Shown piece by piece: positions 17,133-27,444 of a stretch of DNA of 64,000 nucleotides (within the stretch, counting starts at the first letter, position 1; the number at the start of each line of letters is the position of its first letter). Source of the stretch: a virus; the IMG/VR virus record IMGVR_UViG_3300046001_005260, positions 4,036-68,035 of that record. One strand, given 5' to 3'. The notes below the pieces were generated by a model. It made no database searches, had not been told where the DNA came from, and saw nothing but the letters and a program-made list of their open reading frames with translations. The translations under genes were made by a program, and so were the position numbers.

Positions 17133-19853
17133 TTATTGTTGGCCCATTGGTTTTGCGCTCATAGACTCAAGCTCCGCCAAGTCGAACAGGCTCGGCATAG
17201 TTATCTCCGCTTCCGCCGCTTGGCAGTATGAGCAAGCGTCGAGGTAATAAGCGTGATTGAGTTCAAAGCCAATTCCTTTTCTGCCTTTCAGAATTGCACG
17301 GTAAGGCACGGTGCCGATCCCGGCGAACGGGTCAAACACAGTCTCACCCGGCATGGTGAATTGCTCAATGCATCGGTCAGCGATGTCGAATTGCATAGGG
17401 CAAAGGTGCATTTCCTTGCCATGACTCCACTGCGAGGCATTTAGCGTCATCATGCGAGTGATGTCTGTCCACACGTCATCGGACCAGCTTTGCGGCTGCA
17501 AAAGCATGAACGTCACCGGCAGCATTCCAAGCGCGTCAATCGCTTCGCCGAATTTGACGTGATTCTCAAACGAATAAACAGTGTCCAAGCTGTGCGCTTT
17601 GAAAAGCTGGAATATATCAGCGTGGGTTAGTCCTTTCAGGTCGTCACATGTAAGCGGACGGTCGCCACTGCTGCGGGTGAATCCATGTGCGTCAGTCTGC
17701 CAACGTGAGCGGCTATAAACCCGACTCTTGGTTTTCTTGTGGAATTTCACCGGAACAATGTCTCCGCCGCACTCGCACGTTTCCGATGTGAGTTTTGCCA
17801 TGTCTTTCTGAGTATATACCCGCCCGCATTCGTCGCAGATATGTTCACGGCCCGTGTATTTCACGACAGGCTCATCCGCGTAACTATCGCTCGTTTCAGT
17901 TGGTGGTTTCCGGAACATGAGCAGATACTCCGGCATTCCTACTCCCATCTTTGAGCCGTCCTTGCATTGCTCTGTCCAACCAAGGCGATAGGTTTGATTA
18001 TTCTCCCTCACCACGTCTGTTACAATGGTTTTCATGCCCATGTATGCAAAGCCATGCTTCACGAAATGGCGCGTGGTTTCCATGTGGAACGGATAGACGG
18101 TTTGAAAACCTAGCCCGGTCATGCCACCCGGCACGATGCGGTCCTTGACATGGATGATTGCCAAGCGACCAGGCTTCAATGCGCGAAGCAATGAAGGCGT
18201 CAAGTAATCCATTTGCCCGAAAAACTCTTCGTTTCCTTCGCTGTGTCCGAAGTCAGCGTAGTTCGGTGAGTATTCGTATTGAGTTGAGAACGGGATGGAT
18301 GTCAGAATCATGTCGAGACTATTCTCGGCAAGCTCAGCCGTGCCTTTCACTGTATCCTCATTGGTTAGAGCAAACCGCTCGCCTTTGCAGACAATGGCGC
18401 TATCAATGCCCATGCCTCTTGTCAGGTGTTGAGCCATTGCTGCCTGTGACAGCCCGAATTTTTGAATAATCTCAGTCATGTTCTTAACCATAATAATGTG
18501 TTGTTGCCATTTTCTTTCGAGTGTCTTTTTAACGGCATACTCGGCTTCCGTATAGATGATGTCTATTCTTACTTTCTTTGTTTGCAGGAATCGGTAAGTC
18601 CGGTGGATTGCTTGAATGAAATCCGCGAACTTGAACCCTATCCCCACAAAAATTTCCCATGCGCAAAACCTTTGGAAATTGCACCCACTCCCGGCGATAA
18701 CCGGCTTAGTTGATAGAGTTGCAAAGTCGCCGTTAGAGAATCCAATGATCCGACGCTCACGCTCGTCCATATCTTGGCACCCCCAGACAGCCAGAGAGTC
18801 CGGCAACGCATCTTGAATTGCTCGGCGCTCATCTTCCAAGTCATGCCATACCAAACAATGATCAAGCGGGTTAGATTTGCGAAGCTCTACCATCTTTTCA
18901 ATCCTCTTCGCCATGCTCGCCCGTTTTTCCGCGCTTGCATCTTGCACTCCAATAGCTGCGTCCCTCATGAGCTTGCCTTGCCCCATTTTGTCGAATCCAA
19001 GGTTAGAATAATCACTTTCCACGCAATGCCAATGAACATCCATCTCTGGCAATGAATAACCTTCATCCGTGAATCCAAGGTCGGAAGGCTTTTGCACGAA
19101 TAGCGCCCAGCTTGCTACCCATAGCCAGAACTCCTCCTCCTTATGAGCGTGCAACGTGAGCTTGTCGGCTTTAGTTGAGTCTCGTTTGAAGAATCTGGTC
19201 TTGGCTTGGCTAACGTCCATAATGCCCAAGAAATCAGCGTAGCAAAGAAGCTCGATGTATTCGTTAGGCGATGGCGTGGCAGTTGCGACAAACCGATATT
19301 TCACGGTCTTCTTGTCTCCGCGTGATCGTCCGGTTGGCCCGCCGTCTCCGGTGCATAGCAGCATGAACTCCCGAAAGGTCTTGCTGCCACCGAACCCGCG
19401 CAAGATTGCGGCCTCGTCAAGTGATACAACCAAGAACTCAGCGGGGTCCAGCTTGCCATCCCTAACGGTCTCATAGTTGGTTAGGTAGATTCCGGTTGGA
19501 CCGGCTTCTTCAATCCTGCGAATGAATTTAGGCGGTGTTTCCCATCCAAGAATCTCTGTCGCATCGCGGGCAAACTCTTGCCGCACTCCGAGCGGGCAGA
19601 CGATCAATCCGCGCCCTCCTTCGTTTTCCGTGATGATCCTGGTTGTTTCTAATTGCACCACGCTCTTTCCAAGCCCGAATGATGCAAAGCAAGCTCGCCG
19701 CCCGCCTTTTACCATCCATTCAACCATTGCTCGCTGGTGCGGCTTTAGGGCGTGATTGATTCCTGTCGCGTCGATTGTTACTCCGTCATCGCAAGCCATG
19801 CGGACTTTGCTTTTCAGGAATTGATCGTAGTCTGTGTTTTGTTTCGTTGTCAT
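17133..19853 (-). CDS. SNF2-like helicase / N4-N6 DNA methyltransferase fusion
   Basis: GLGKS, LDEA and TATP helicase motifs; TSIPF and DPFAGIGT methyltransferase motifs (beta-class order). Confidence 0.85.
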   Translation of the reverse strand: MTTKQNTDYDQFLKSKVRMACDDGVTIDATGINHALKPHQRAMVEWMVKGGRRACFASFGLGKSVVQLETTRIITENEGGRGLIVCPLGVRQEFARDATEILGWETPPKFIRRIEEAGPTGIYLTNYETVRDGKLDPAEFLVVSLDEAAILRGFGGSKTFREFMLLCTGDGGPTGRSRGDKKTVKYRFVATATPSPNEYIELLCYADFLGIMDVSQAKTRFFKRDSTKADKLTLHAHKEEEFWLWVASWALFVQKPSDLGFTDEGYSLPEMDVHWHCVESDYSNLGFDKMGQGKLMRDAAIGVQDASAEKRASMAKRIEKMVELRKSNPLDHCLVWHDLEDERRAIQDALPDSLAVWGCQDMDERERRIIGFSNGDFATLSTKPVIAGSGCNFQRFCAWEIFVGIGFKFADFIQAIHRTYRFLQTKKVRIDIIYTEAEYAVKKTLERKWQQHIIMVKNMTEIIQKFGLSQAAMAQHLTRGMGIDSAIVCKGERFALTNEDTVKGTAELAENSLDMILTSIPFSTQYEYSPNYADFGHSEGNEEFFGQMDYLTPSLLRALKPGRLAIIHVKDRIVPGGMTGLGFQTVYPFHMETTRHFVKHGFAYMGMKTIVTDVVRENNQTYRLGWTEQCKDGSKMGVGMPEYLLMFRKPPTETSDSYADEPVVKYTGREHICDECGRVYTQKDMAKLTSETCECGGDIVPVKFHKKTKSRVYSRSRWQTDAHGFTRSSGDRPLTCDDLKGLTHADIFQLFKAHSLDTVYSFENHVKFGEAIDALGMLPVTFMLLQPQSWSDDVWTDITRMMTLNASQWSHGKEMHLCPMQFDIADRCIEQFTMPGETVFDPFAGIGTVPYRAILKGRKGIGFELNHAYYLDACSYCQAAEAEITMPSLFDLAELESMSAKPMGQQ

Positions 19854-20424
19854 TGGTTGGTGTTTGTTTTGGGAGAATTTGCATCATACATCCTTGCATG
19901 TCCGATTACCCGGTGATCCGTCCCGAGTATCGCCATGCCTTGATATACCGCATGAGTAGCTCCGTGCGGTAGCCCCGTGGCGGTGGTGACGTAAAGAACT
20001 ATTCCGGTCTTGCCGTCGTGTTTTTCTAGGGCGGATTTGTCGATGTCGGACATGTAAAGGCGGATGCAAGTCGAATTGCTCGCCGCGCCGCGCTCGTATG
20101 CCTCCCATGCCAATTGCACTTCATATTCGCAGTAGTTGCCCGGCCATGCCTTGTCCGGTCCGTGGCGGTTGATTGACCTCTCAAACGGCGGCGCTGTAAT
20201 CCATTGCTCAAATGACTGGCGGGTTGTCATAGCTTTTCGGTGATTGATTTGATTCGTTCGTCCATGTCTTTTTTAAGTCGCATCAGTTGCGACAGAACTT
20301 CGCTTGCGTCATCATGGATTGCGCGTATTTGCCCCTCATGGACGATTGCCATATTTAGGCGAGCTTCGATTATGCGTTGATCTTGGCGAAGTATTTCTAA
20401 CGCGTTTTGCGCTGGCGTGTTCAT
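19850..20424 (-). CDS. Two small hypothetical proteins (19850-20230, 20227-20424)
   Basis: ATGA-coupled ORFs within the operon. Confidence 0.6.
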
Positions 20425-20765
20425 AGTGTGATGATTTCCTTGGCTTCCATGACTGAACGGGCGATTCCGGCAAACCCGCCATCGGCGCGCACTTTGTCGA
20501 GAAAGTTGATTTGCTCCGGCGTAGCTTTTCTCCCTGGTGCTTTGACCTCTACCGCCACGAACACAGCAACCCGGCGTCCGATCATGTCATGCGTGATTGT
20601 AATTGACCGATATCCTATCAGGTCACTCGATCCATTGCAAAGCCCGAACCTAACCAATCTCCCGGACTGGTCTTTAAGCGCGCCAGTCTGGTTGCGGAAA
20701 ATCCTAACAGCTGGGTCTTGCGATAGGCCAAGGCGGATTGATTGAAGGATTGCTGTTTCGTTCAT
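20421..20765 (-). CDS. VRR-NUC domain nuclease
   Basis: GSSDLIG...AVEVKAPG....PEQ..F motif. Confidence 0.85.
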   Translation of the reverse strand: MNETAILQSIRLGLSQDPAVRIFRNQTGALKDQSGRLVRFGLCNGSSDLIGYRSITITHDMIGRRVAVFVAVEVKAPGRKATPEQINFLDKVRADGGFAGIARSVMEAKEIITL

Positions 20766-22231
20766 GCTGGTTGTCTCCTTTGTTGTCTTGATCCCCAAAC
20801 GTATCTCGCCCACGCTGCCGGGTTTTTGTATCCCCTGGCCTTTCCTAGCGCAATCAAATCGTCAAGCGATTGCGCCTTTGATTGCTCTGCTTTGCGTTGG
20901 CGTGACGGGTCAACGAATAATCCGCAGCACGGGCATTTTATATCCCATCGTGAGTGGATTGTTGAGCAAGCGGAGCAAGCCCGATTATGCTCGTCAATGA
21001 TCCCGTCAACCATTTCAAGTGTCCCGTCACGGTGTTCAATCTCGCGCGCTTTGCGCTCATAGACATGCCCGCACTCTGGACACTCCGGCGCGGGGTCGTG
21101 GCAGCAATAGCAGTTCGGGCATTGGCAAACCTCCACATTCTCCTCTTGCGCCTTGCGCTTGCCTTTCGGTCGTCCTTCCAATCTCCATTCGCGTTCTGCC
21201 TCTGCCAGCCCGTGCCGCGCAAGGTTGCCGACGTGGTCGAGAATGACGGAGCGAGTCTTGCCTGGCGATGGCCTAAGCACCCGCCCGATTTGTTGCAGGT
21301 GTAAGCCTAGCGACATGGTTGGGCGCAGCAGGATTGCAGCCTCAACGATTGGCAGGTCAAATCCTTCATTGATTATCTCACACGATGTCAGCACGTTTAA
21401 GCGACCGTCGCCAAGCGCCCGCACGATGTCCCGGCGAGCCTCGCGTTCCATGTTCCCGTCAATCGTCCCGGCGTGGTATCCAGCGGAAGCAAACTGGTCG
21501 GCAACGTGTTGAGCGTGCGCCACAGACGCGCAGAATGCCACAGCAGGCGCGCCGTTGCAAATCCGGCGGTAATGGTCAACAGCGTCCCCGGTAATCGTCG
21601 CGCGGTCCATGGCTGCGGCGAGTTGGTCGGCGGCAAAGTCACCACCGCGCATTTTGACGCCGGAGAAATCCGCAGCCATCGGCGGGGCAAAATAGACCGG
21701 CGGCGCAAGGTGGCCAGCACGAATCAAATCCCTCACGGCTGGACCCATTATGAGCGCGTCGAACACTTCGCCAAGCCCTTTACCGTCTAACCGCTCCGGA
21801 GTCGCTGTGACGCCAAGCACGCGCGCCGATGGGTAAGCGGCAATCACTTTCAACCAACTGCCAGCCGTGGCGTGGTGTCCCTCGTCTGCGATGATCAAAG
21901 ACGGGTTGTAATGTGCCAACCTCCGCACCAATGTTTGCACGCTGGCAACTTGGACTAGGTGTGATCGGTCAGGCGTCCGACCAGCGGCAACCACGCCGTG
22001 AGCGACGCCGAATGCGTTGAGCGTTCGGCACGTTTGGTCAACCAACTCCTGCCGGTGAACGAGAATCAAAACCGGGTTGCCTATCTTCGCGGCATTTTGC
22101 GCGATGTAAGCGAAAAGCACGGTCTTTCCGCTGCCGGTCGGCGCAACGAATAGCGGGCGGCGTTTCCCGCGTCGGTAAGCGTCGCGGATGTCGGACGCTC
22201 CGGCTTGCTGGTAATCGCGGAGGGTTATCAT
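20762..22231 (-). CDS. SF2 DEAD/DEAH helicase (RadD/YejH-like) with zinc fingers
   Basis: LRDYQ, PTGSGKT, DEGHH, TATP, QQIGRVLR and CxxC pairs. Confidence 0.9.
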   Translation of the reverse strand: MITLRDYQQAGASDIRDAYRRGKRRPLFVAPTGSGKTVLFAYIAQNAAKIGNPVLILVHRQELVDQTCRTLNAFGVAHGVVAAGRTPDRSHLVQVASVQTLVRRLAHYNPSLIIADEGHHATAGSWLKVIAAYPSARVLGVTATPERLDGKGLGEVFDALIMGPAVRDLIRAGHLAPPVYFAPPMAADFSGVKMRGGDFAADQLAAAMDRATITGDAVDHYRRICNGAPAVAFCASVAHAQHVADQFASAGYHAGTIDGNMEREARRDIVRALGDGRLNVLTSCEIINEGFDLPIVEAAILLRPTMSLGLHLQQIGRVLRPSPGKTRSVILDHVGNLARHGLAEAEREWRLEGRPKGKRKAQEENVEVCQCPNCYCCHDPAPECPECGHVYERKAREIEHRDGTLEMVDGIIDEHNRACSACSTIHSRWDIKCPCCGLFVDPSRQRKAEQSKAQSLDDLIALGKARGYKNPAAWARYVWGSRQQRRQPA

Positions 22232-22443
22232 GGCTCGGCCCAAATGATTACGTCGTTGAAATCAGTGCAAGGAATCGAGCATTTCGACCCGTCATGCTTT
22301 GCGCCGTCCGGTGAATCGACTCCTTGACACCATAGATGCTCTCCGCAAGCGTCAAGGACTCGAAACGATGGCCAATCGCATCCTGTGTTATATGCCTTGT
22401 CAGTCCAAAGCACGATGATTCGTTTTCCGATTAAGTGATTCAT
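22228..22443 (-). CDS. Hypothetical protein, paralogue of 32488-32709
   Basis: Shared LIGKRIIVLWT...HLWCQGVDSPDGAKHDGSKCSI. Confidence 0.75.
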   Translation of the reverse strand: MNHLIGKRIIVLWTDKAYNTGCDWPSFRVLDACGEHLWCQGVDSPDGAKHDGSKCSIPCTDFNDVIIWAEP

Positions 22444-22631
22444 GGTTGGCGATGTCTTTTGGCTAGCTTCCGATAGGTTTCCTCAATCCTCGCGGCAGTC
22501 GCCGCCCGTGGTTGGTAGCGATGCGTTTTCCACCGCCACCATGTTGTCCGACCGACGCCGCAGAGTTTCAGGAATTCCAGCGGCTTTAGGTGTAAGCGCA
22601 TGGCGTAGATGTGGATTTTGTCGGTTGTCAT
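22440..22631 (-). CDS. Cro-like HTH protein
   Basis: EFLKLCGVGRTTWWRW HTH pattern. Confidence 0.6.
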   Translation of the reverse strand: MTTDKIHIYAMRLHLKPLEFLKLCGVGRTTWWRWKTHRYQPRAATAARIEETYRKLAKRHRQP

Positions 22632-23960
22632 TTCTTCAGTAGTTTTTCCGCCGCCGTGACGGCTTTGTATTGGCGCAAGCTCCCGTTCTCCGTGCGCCAT
22701 TTATCGCGGGTCGCGGCGACGAGTTCGGCGAGTGCTTCGATTAGCAAATCAGCATCACGGCAAAGCGTTGTAATCGCCTCACCTATCCTACTCGCCGTGT
22801 GCTTTGGTGGCTCCATTCCTTGCGATTTCCTCCAAGCGTTATGGTCGAGCAGGATGTCGATTGCTTTGGTGGTTTTCATGGCTTGCAGTTCTTCAGGGTG
22901 GTTTCAACGTCGTCGAGCATCCGGCAGCGTCCGCATACGTTTTCCGATTCAGGTCGGAAATCGCATAGGCATTGGCCGCATTGCAAATAATCCCGCACGG
23001 ATTCAAGGGTTGCCAGGCAGTCGCCAAGGTCGGATTCAAGGCGTCTTGCAAATTCTGACCCGACAACCTCAATGAATGTAATCGGCTCCGGATACGCTGC
23101 CGCGTCAGTCCTTGGCGTCTTGCTCATGGCTTCTTTTCCTCCTTGGCTCGGCATTTGTGGCAGCAATATGTCCACATGATATTTGCAAACCTATCAAGCT
23201 TAACAAGCTTGATGCTTGTTCGGTTCTGGTTGTTGATAGCGCAGCCGCAGAAATAGCAGAGTTTCTTTCCCTTGCTCATATCACCGCCTTTCTAACCGTC
23301 TTCTCCTTGTTGAATCGCTCCCAGCGTCCGATAGCAGCTTGCGCGTCTTGCGGGGTCTCGGCCCGAAAGCATTTGAGGCTCCCGTGCCGGGTTGGATCGC
23401 CAGGCGCAACGATGGCTTGTAAGTGAAGCTTCCCGACTGATGAAATCGGCTTGCCGTTGATGGTTGTTGGTTCGTTCATAATTCGTTCCACATTCTGAGG
23501 TTGGTTATTTTGGCAATAGCGAACAGCGCGTCATCCTCGGTAATGCCCTTGGCGGAGTAATCGCCACGGGTTGCCGTCCACGCCATGCCTTGAGAGCTTA
23601 CGCGCATTTCGGTGGTAATGCCGTTTGCTTCAATCCACCGCAGCCTAGGCGACTTCATGGCTGGGATTCCGGCGAATAGGTCGGGTTGGTCGGTCACTGT
23701 AGCTTGTATCCTTTCTTTTCTGGTATCCATCCGTCGTCAAGCTGGCGAACTATGATTTCCGCCTGTTCAAATGCCGTTTGGCGCTGGTCGGTTCTGGCGG
23801 TCAATCGCATAAACGACTTTCCTTTTTTGAGTCCTCTTTTGGCTTTGTTCTCCCATCGGAAAAATGAGATTGAGAATGTGCCAAAATGGCAGTTGTTTTC
23901 TTTCGGATCGCACGCGGATTGATATCCGTGCTGTCCTGCTTGTGTTGGTTTGCTTGTCAT
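22628..23960 (-). CDS. Run of six small early genes (22628-22879, 22876-23127, 23124-23279 zinc finger, 23276-23479, 23476-23697, 23694-23960)
   Basis: Stop/start-coupled ORFs; three have homologues in phage B (56654-56932, 57150-57356, 63370-63582). Confidence 0.7.
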
Positions 23961-23981
23961 TGTTTCGTTAGGTTGAGTAAT

Positions 23982-24055
23982 ACCGCGCCCCGCCGGACTG
24001 TCCACCGTTTTGCCACTCGGCAACCCGGCTGCGGGGCGCGGTTCCGTTACGGGGA
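23982..24055 (-). ncRNA. Conserved structured RNA element, copy A
   Basis: TCCCCGTAACGGA, a 12-bp outer stem and a GAGT-loop hairpin; covaries with 60540-60612. Confidence 0.6.
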
Positions 24056-24208
24056 TTATATCATGCCGCTAATGAGGATTGCGGCCAGGATTGTGGCAGC
24101 AGCTAACAGCGCCCGCTCTAGCCTGTTGGCGTGGATGGCTCTCAGCCGTTCTTCGTGTGTCTCCAGCGTCATCAGGCGCGCGGCTAGTTGGTGGTATGGG
24201 TCGGTCAT
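24056..24208 (-). CDS. Small protein with C-terminal transmembrane segment
   Basis: ORF after an AACC-rich leader; hydrophobic C-terminus. Confidence 0.55.
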   Translation of the reverse strand: MTDPYHQLAARLMTLETHEERLRAIHANRLERALLAAATILAAILISGMI

Positions 24209-24222
24209 GGTTGGGGTGATTT

Positions 24223-24241
24223 GCCGGGGATTGAACCCGGC
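24223..24241 (-). ncRNA. tRNA T-arm-like hairpin
   Basis: GCCGGG-TTCAATC-CCCGGC, after the stop codon of 24253-24459. Confidence 0.6.
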
Positions 24242-24252
24242 TGGCTTATTGG

Positions 24253-24459
24253 TTAGGCGGCTGCGATGGTGGCGTATTGAAAGTTCCAGAAGTCGTATCC
24301 TTCGATTGACCGGCCCCATGAGATGCCTTTCAGTATTGCTGTCCGCGCGTCTTTGCATGGCTCATTGAGCATTTGAGGGTTGGTCATTTCGGCAGCTCTG
24401 ATTGCCTTTTTTGCAAGTTCTGGTGGGAGGGTTTCGAGTAGTTCGCGGATTGTTTTCAT
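24253..24459 (-). CDS. Small early protein (first gene of operon)
   Basis: 68-aa ORF directly after a sigma70-like promoter. Confidence 0.7.
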   Translation of the reverse strand: MKTIRELLETLPPELAKKAIRAAEMTNPQMLNEPCKDARTAILKGISWGRSIEGYDFWNFQYATIAAA

Positions 24460-24495
24460 TGTCTTGGTTGGTTAGTCGCTCGCGGCGACAGGGGG

Positions 24496-24523
24496 AAATT
24501 ATCAAAATGTTTCACTTGTGCAA
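24496..24523 (-). promoter_or_regulatory. Early sigma70-like promoter
   Basis: TTGCAC-N16-TAATTT in an AT-rich gap. Confidence 0.6.
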
Positions 24524-24622
24524 CAAAAATATGCTAACTGATGCGATATTTTTTTCTTGGTTGCGCAAACCGCTTGCAATTCAATCGTTTATGGTTGTTT
24601 CTAACTTTTCAACTTGTGACAA

Positions 24623-25594
24623 TCAGCGTAATGCGGAATCGGTTATCGCTGCTTGGATGAATTGCGCGGCGACTTGCGGCACGATTGCATTGCCGTAGCC
24701 CCGCAAGAGTCCCACGCGACCGGGAAACCCATCAGCCAGCGGGAATGTCCCGCTCTCAACACGCCTCGCTTTTCCGTCTGTGCATAGGAGGATGTCGAAG
24801 GAATCCCAAGCGTTGCCTCGCAGTTCAACGGTAGCGAGTTCCTGTGGAATTGTGACGGGCCCGCATTGTTCGCCGAGTCCTGCACCGTTGGTGTTGCCCA
24901 CCCCACAAGGTCCGGCACATTCTGCGGCGTCATGCGTGGTCGGGCCCCTCCGTGATCTTTCCCGCGATTGGTCGAGTTGTTGGGCCCCTCGCTCGCCTGC
25001 GGCGTCGGCCACCCCGCTAGCTGTGCTGCTGTTTGCAGCGAGTCGCCGCCCTGTCTCGTTTCCGTCCAGCTTGCACCAGTCCCCTCGCTCGCCTGCGGCG
25101 TCGGCCACCCAGTAGAGTCTTTGGCGGATGTGGGGCGCGCCGACGCCCGCAGCGCACAGATCGGCACCCGCCGCGGCATATCCCATTGTTTCCAAGTTAG
25201 CGAATACTCCAGCGAGCCATTTACGTCCACCAGCGCTCGCAACCTGCTCTCCAAAGACGACTGAAGGGCTGCACCGATTGATGAGGCGACGGAACGCTGG
25301 CCATAGATGACGCGGATCATTTCGGCCCAACTGCTTCCCGGCGTGGCTGAATGGTTGGCACGGGCAGGAGCCTGTCCAAACGGGACGATCTTCGGGCCAT
25401 CCCGCCAGTTGAAGAGCGAGAGGCCATCCGCCGATCCCGGCGAAGAAGTGGCATTGAGTGTATTCGGTGAGTTCATTAGGTTCAATTTGTGTGATGGATC
25501 GTTCATCGACCACGCCGGGAGGAATCAGGCCGGCGGCGATTAGTTCGCGCAGCCATGCTGCGGCTTTCGGGTCAAATTCGTTGTAAAAGTTCAT
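24623..25594 (-). CDS. C5-cytosine DNA methyltransferase, alpha chain
   Basis: FFAGIGG, SCPCQPFS, GEQV, PHIRQRLY and LRGYGNAIV motifs; no motif IX in this frame. Confidence 0.88.
   Translation of the reverse strand: MNFYNEFDPKAAAWLRELIAAGLIPPGVVDERSITQIEPNELTEYTQCHFFAGIGGWPLALQLAGWPEDRPVWTGSCPCQPFSHAGKQLGRNDPRHLWPAFRRLINRCSPSVVFGEQVASAGGRKWLAGVFANLETMGYAAAGADLCAAGVGAPHIRQRLYWVADAAGERGDWCKLDGNETGRRLAANSSTASGVADAAGERGAQQLDQSRERSRRGPTTHDAAECAGPCGVGNTNGAGLGEQCGPVTIPQELATVELRGNAWDSFDILLCTDGKARRVESGTFPLADGFPGRVGLLRGYGNAIVPQVAAQFIQAAITDSALR
24643..25506 (-). CDS. Overlapping alternative-frame ORF: putative methyltransferase beta chain
   Basis: 287 open codons nested in the methyltransferase gene; GWPTP repeats and RWLMGFP (motif IX-like). 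Confidence 0.7.
   Translation of the reverse strand: MNDPSHKLNLMNSPNTLNATSSPGSADGLSLFNWRDGPKIVPFGQAPARANHSATPGSSWAEMIRVIYGQRSVASSIGAALQSSLESRLRALVDVNGSLEYSLTWKQWDMPRRVPICALRASARPTSAKDSTGWPTPQASEGTGASWTETRQGGDSLQTAAQLAGWPTPQASEGPNNSTNRGKDHGGARPRMTPQNVPDLVGWATPTVQDSANNAGPSQFHRNSLPLNCEATLGIPSTSSYAQTEKRGVLRAGHSRWLMGFPVAWDSCGATAMQSCRKSPRNSSKQR
24985..25110. repeat. 30-bp exact direct repeat (24985-25014 and 25081-25110)
   Basis: CCCCTCGCTCGCCTGCGGCGTCGGCCACCC occurs twice; encodes GWPTPQASEG in the nested frame. Confidence 0.9.
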
Positions 25595-27444
25595 TTATCA
25601 GGATTCCTCCGGTAAAACCTAGTATTGTATCCGTTGCCGGGTTTCTGCGTTCTAACGTCCACGCCTTTAAGCAACCAATCCGCGTGCCTGTCCTCGACGT
25701 TCTTGCGGCTTAGCCATTTCTCGCCGTAGATGTTTGAGACGAGGTATTTGCCCTCCACGGGGTCAAATCGGATGATGGTGTTTTCGTAAAACCGCGTGCC
25801 GTCCGGTAGCGGTGTGTTGTCGAATATGCTCATGGCTTTTCTTGTCCTATCGGTCTTCCGAAAATGTCAGTTATGGTTCCGTCAGCGTGCCAAACCTTGC
25901 CTTTTTCGACAATGACTTTCCCTCCGTAAACGGAAAACGATTGAAATACTACATGGCCTCTTTCGCTTTCCGTGGTTGACCCGATGACTCGGTATTCTCG
26001 CCCACCGATGGTTTTGATTTTCGATTTGTAACTCATGACTTCGTTAGTTTCGCAATCAGCGTTCTCAGTCTCGATTCAATCTCTCCGGCAGCGGCAACAC
26101 CCTCCGGCGTAATAACCCACTTCCGAAACCCTGGGAATTTAATCGCCCGCGCAAGTCCCCGGCCTACAAGTCCGTCCATCGTTGAGGGTGAGATTTGATA
26201 CCCGGTGGATTTTCGGACCTCGCACAATTTAACCGGCCCGGTGTAACGTGCCTGCCCTAACAGCGCGATAGTCGCCACGATTGGCAGGTCAGTGGTTTTT
26301 CGCGTGCGGATCTCGAGCTTGGTGCCGAGTTCGTCGCATGGGAGCGTTCGTATGTATTTCAGGAACTCCAACGGGGTGATTATGGGGGTGGCGGTCATTT
26401 GGATTCCTCCCACAGGTTTAGCGCTTTCAAGAATGCCTCGGCGCGTTGGGCGGCGGTTGCAAATATCCACCGTTGCGACATCGGCACGACCTTATCAAGC
26501 GATGCCTCGTAAGCGTGAAACTTCGGATCATTTGCTAGCGTCATCTCCGCCTCGTGCATCGCGTTTAGGTCGTTTAGGTAGTCGGGGGGATCGTTCCACG
26601 CGCCTCCTTGCGGAGCAATCCATTGACTCATTCTGTGATCGTTCCGTCTTTTCCACCCGCACGCTTGCGCAATCGCGATTCGTTGTTGCTCAGGGTTCAT
26701 TCTTCGTCCTCCTCGATCAGTGAGCGCAAATACAGCGTGTGATATTCCTCAGCGCTAGCAAACCGGAGCCATGCGTTAAACGCGCAGTATGCCGCCATGA
26801 TTCCGCACCAAATAGCGGTCTTAGGAAACCCATACATGACGGCGCAAACACAGGTAGCGATTGCAGCGATGCAAAGCGATGTTTGCAGGATGGCCCCAAA
26901 ACACGCGGAACGCCATTGGATGCGGTAATACTCGTTTGTGGGGATTCGTCGGGTGTTCATTTTCTGAGTTGCTTGTGTTCTTCAATTGTCATCGTTCCGG
27001 AGATTCCGGCTTTCTTTCCGTAGTATCGCGATTGGATTTCAGCATCGCGGCAGCATTCGCCGCACGGCAGGCAGACAAGCCCGCCAGCAATAAGCGACAT
27101 GGCTTTCGGTTCGCCTTCGATTTGTTCTACGCACAAGGCGCAAGGGGTGGCGATGTTGTTCATGGTTTGCAGTTGGTTAGGATGTTACCAACGATTTTCT
27201 GCCCGGCGACGCTGCGAGAAACAACCCGCTCGCCGTCTTCCGTGAACTGGATGCGAATAAGCTTCTTTGCTTTGAGTGCCTGGAGCCTCCCGTTTAGCGT
27301 CTGCAAGGCGATTCCAGCCGTTGCGGCGAGTCGCTGGGTGGTTTGCTCCCGGTCGCATAAAAAAAGGAGAGACGCCTCTTTCAGGCCCATCTTGTGCGAG
27401 TTGGCGAGGCGGGTTAGCGCGTCGATGAATTGTTGTTTTGTCAT
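25591..27444 (-). CDS. Run of seven small genes (25591-25833, 25830-26036, 26033-26398 wHTH-like, 26395-26700, 26697-26960 membrane, 26957-27163 Cys-rich, 27160-27444 wHTH-like)
   Basis: ATGA-coupled ORFs; 26033-26398 is homologous to 55826-56194. Confidence 0.65.
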
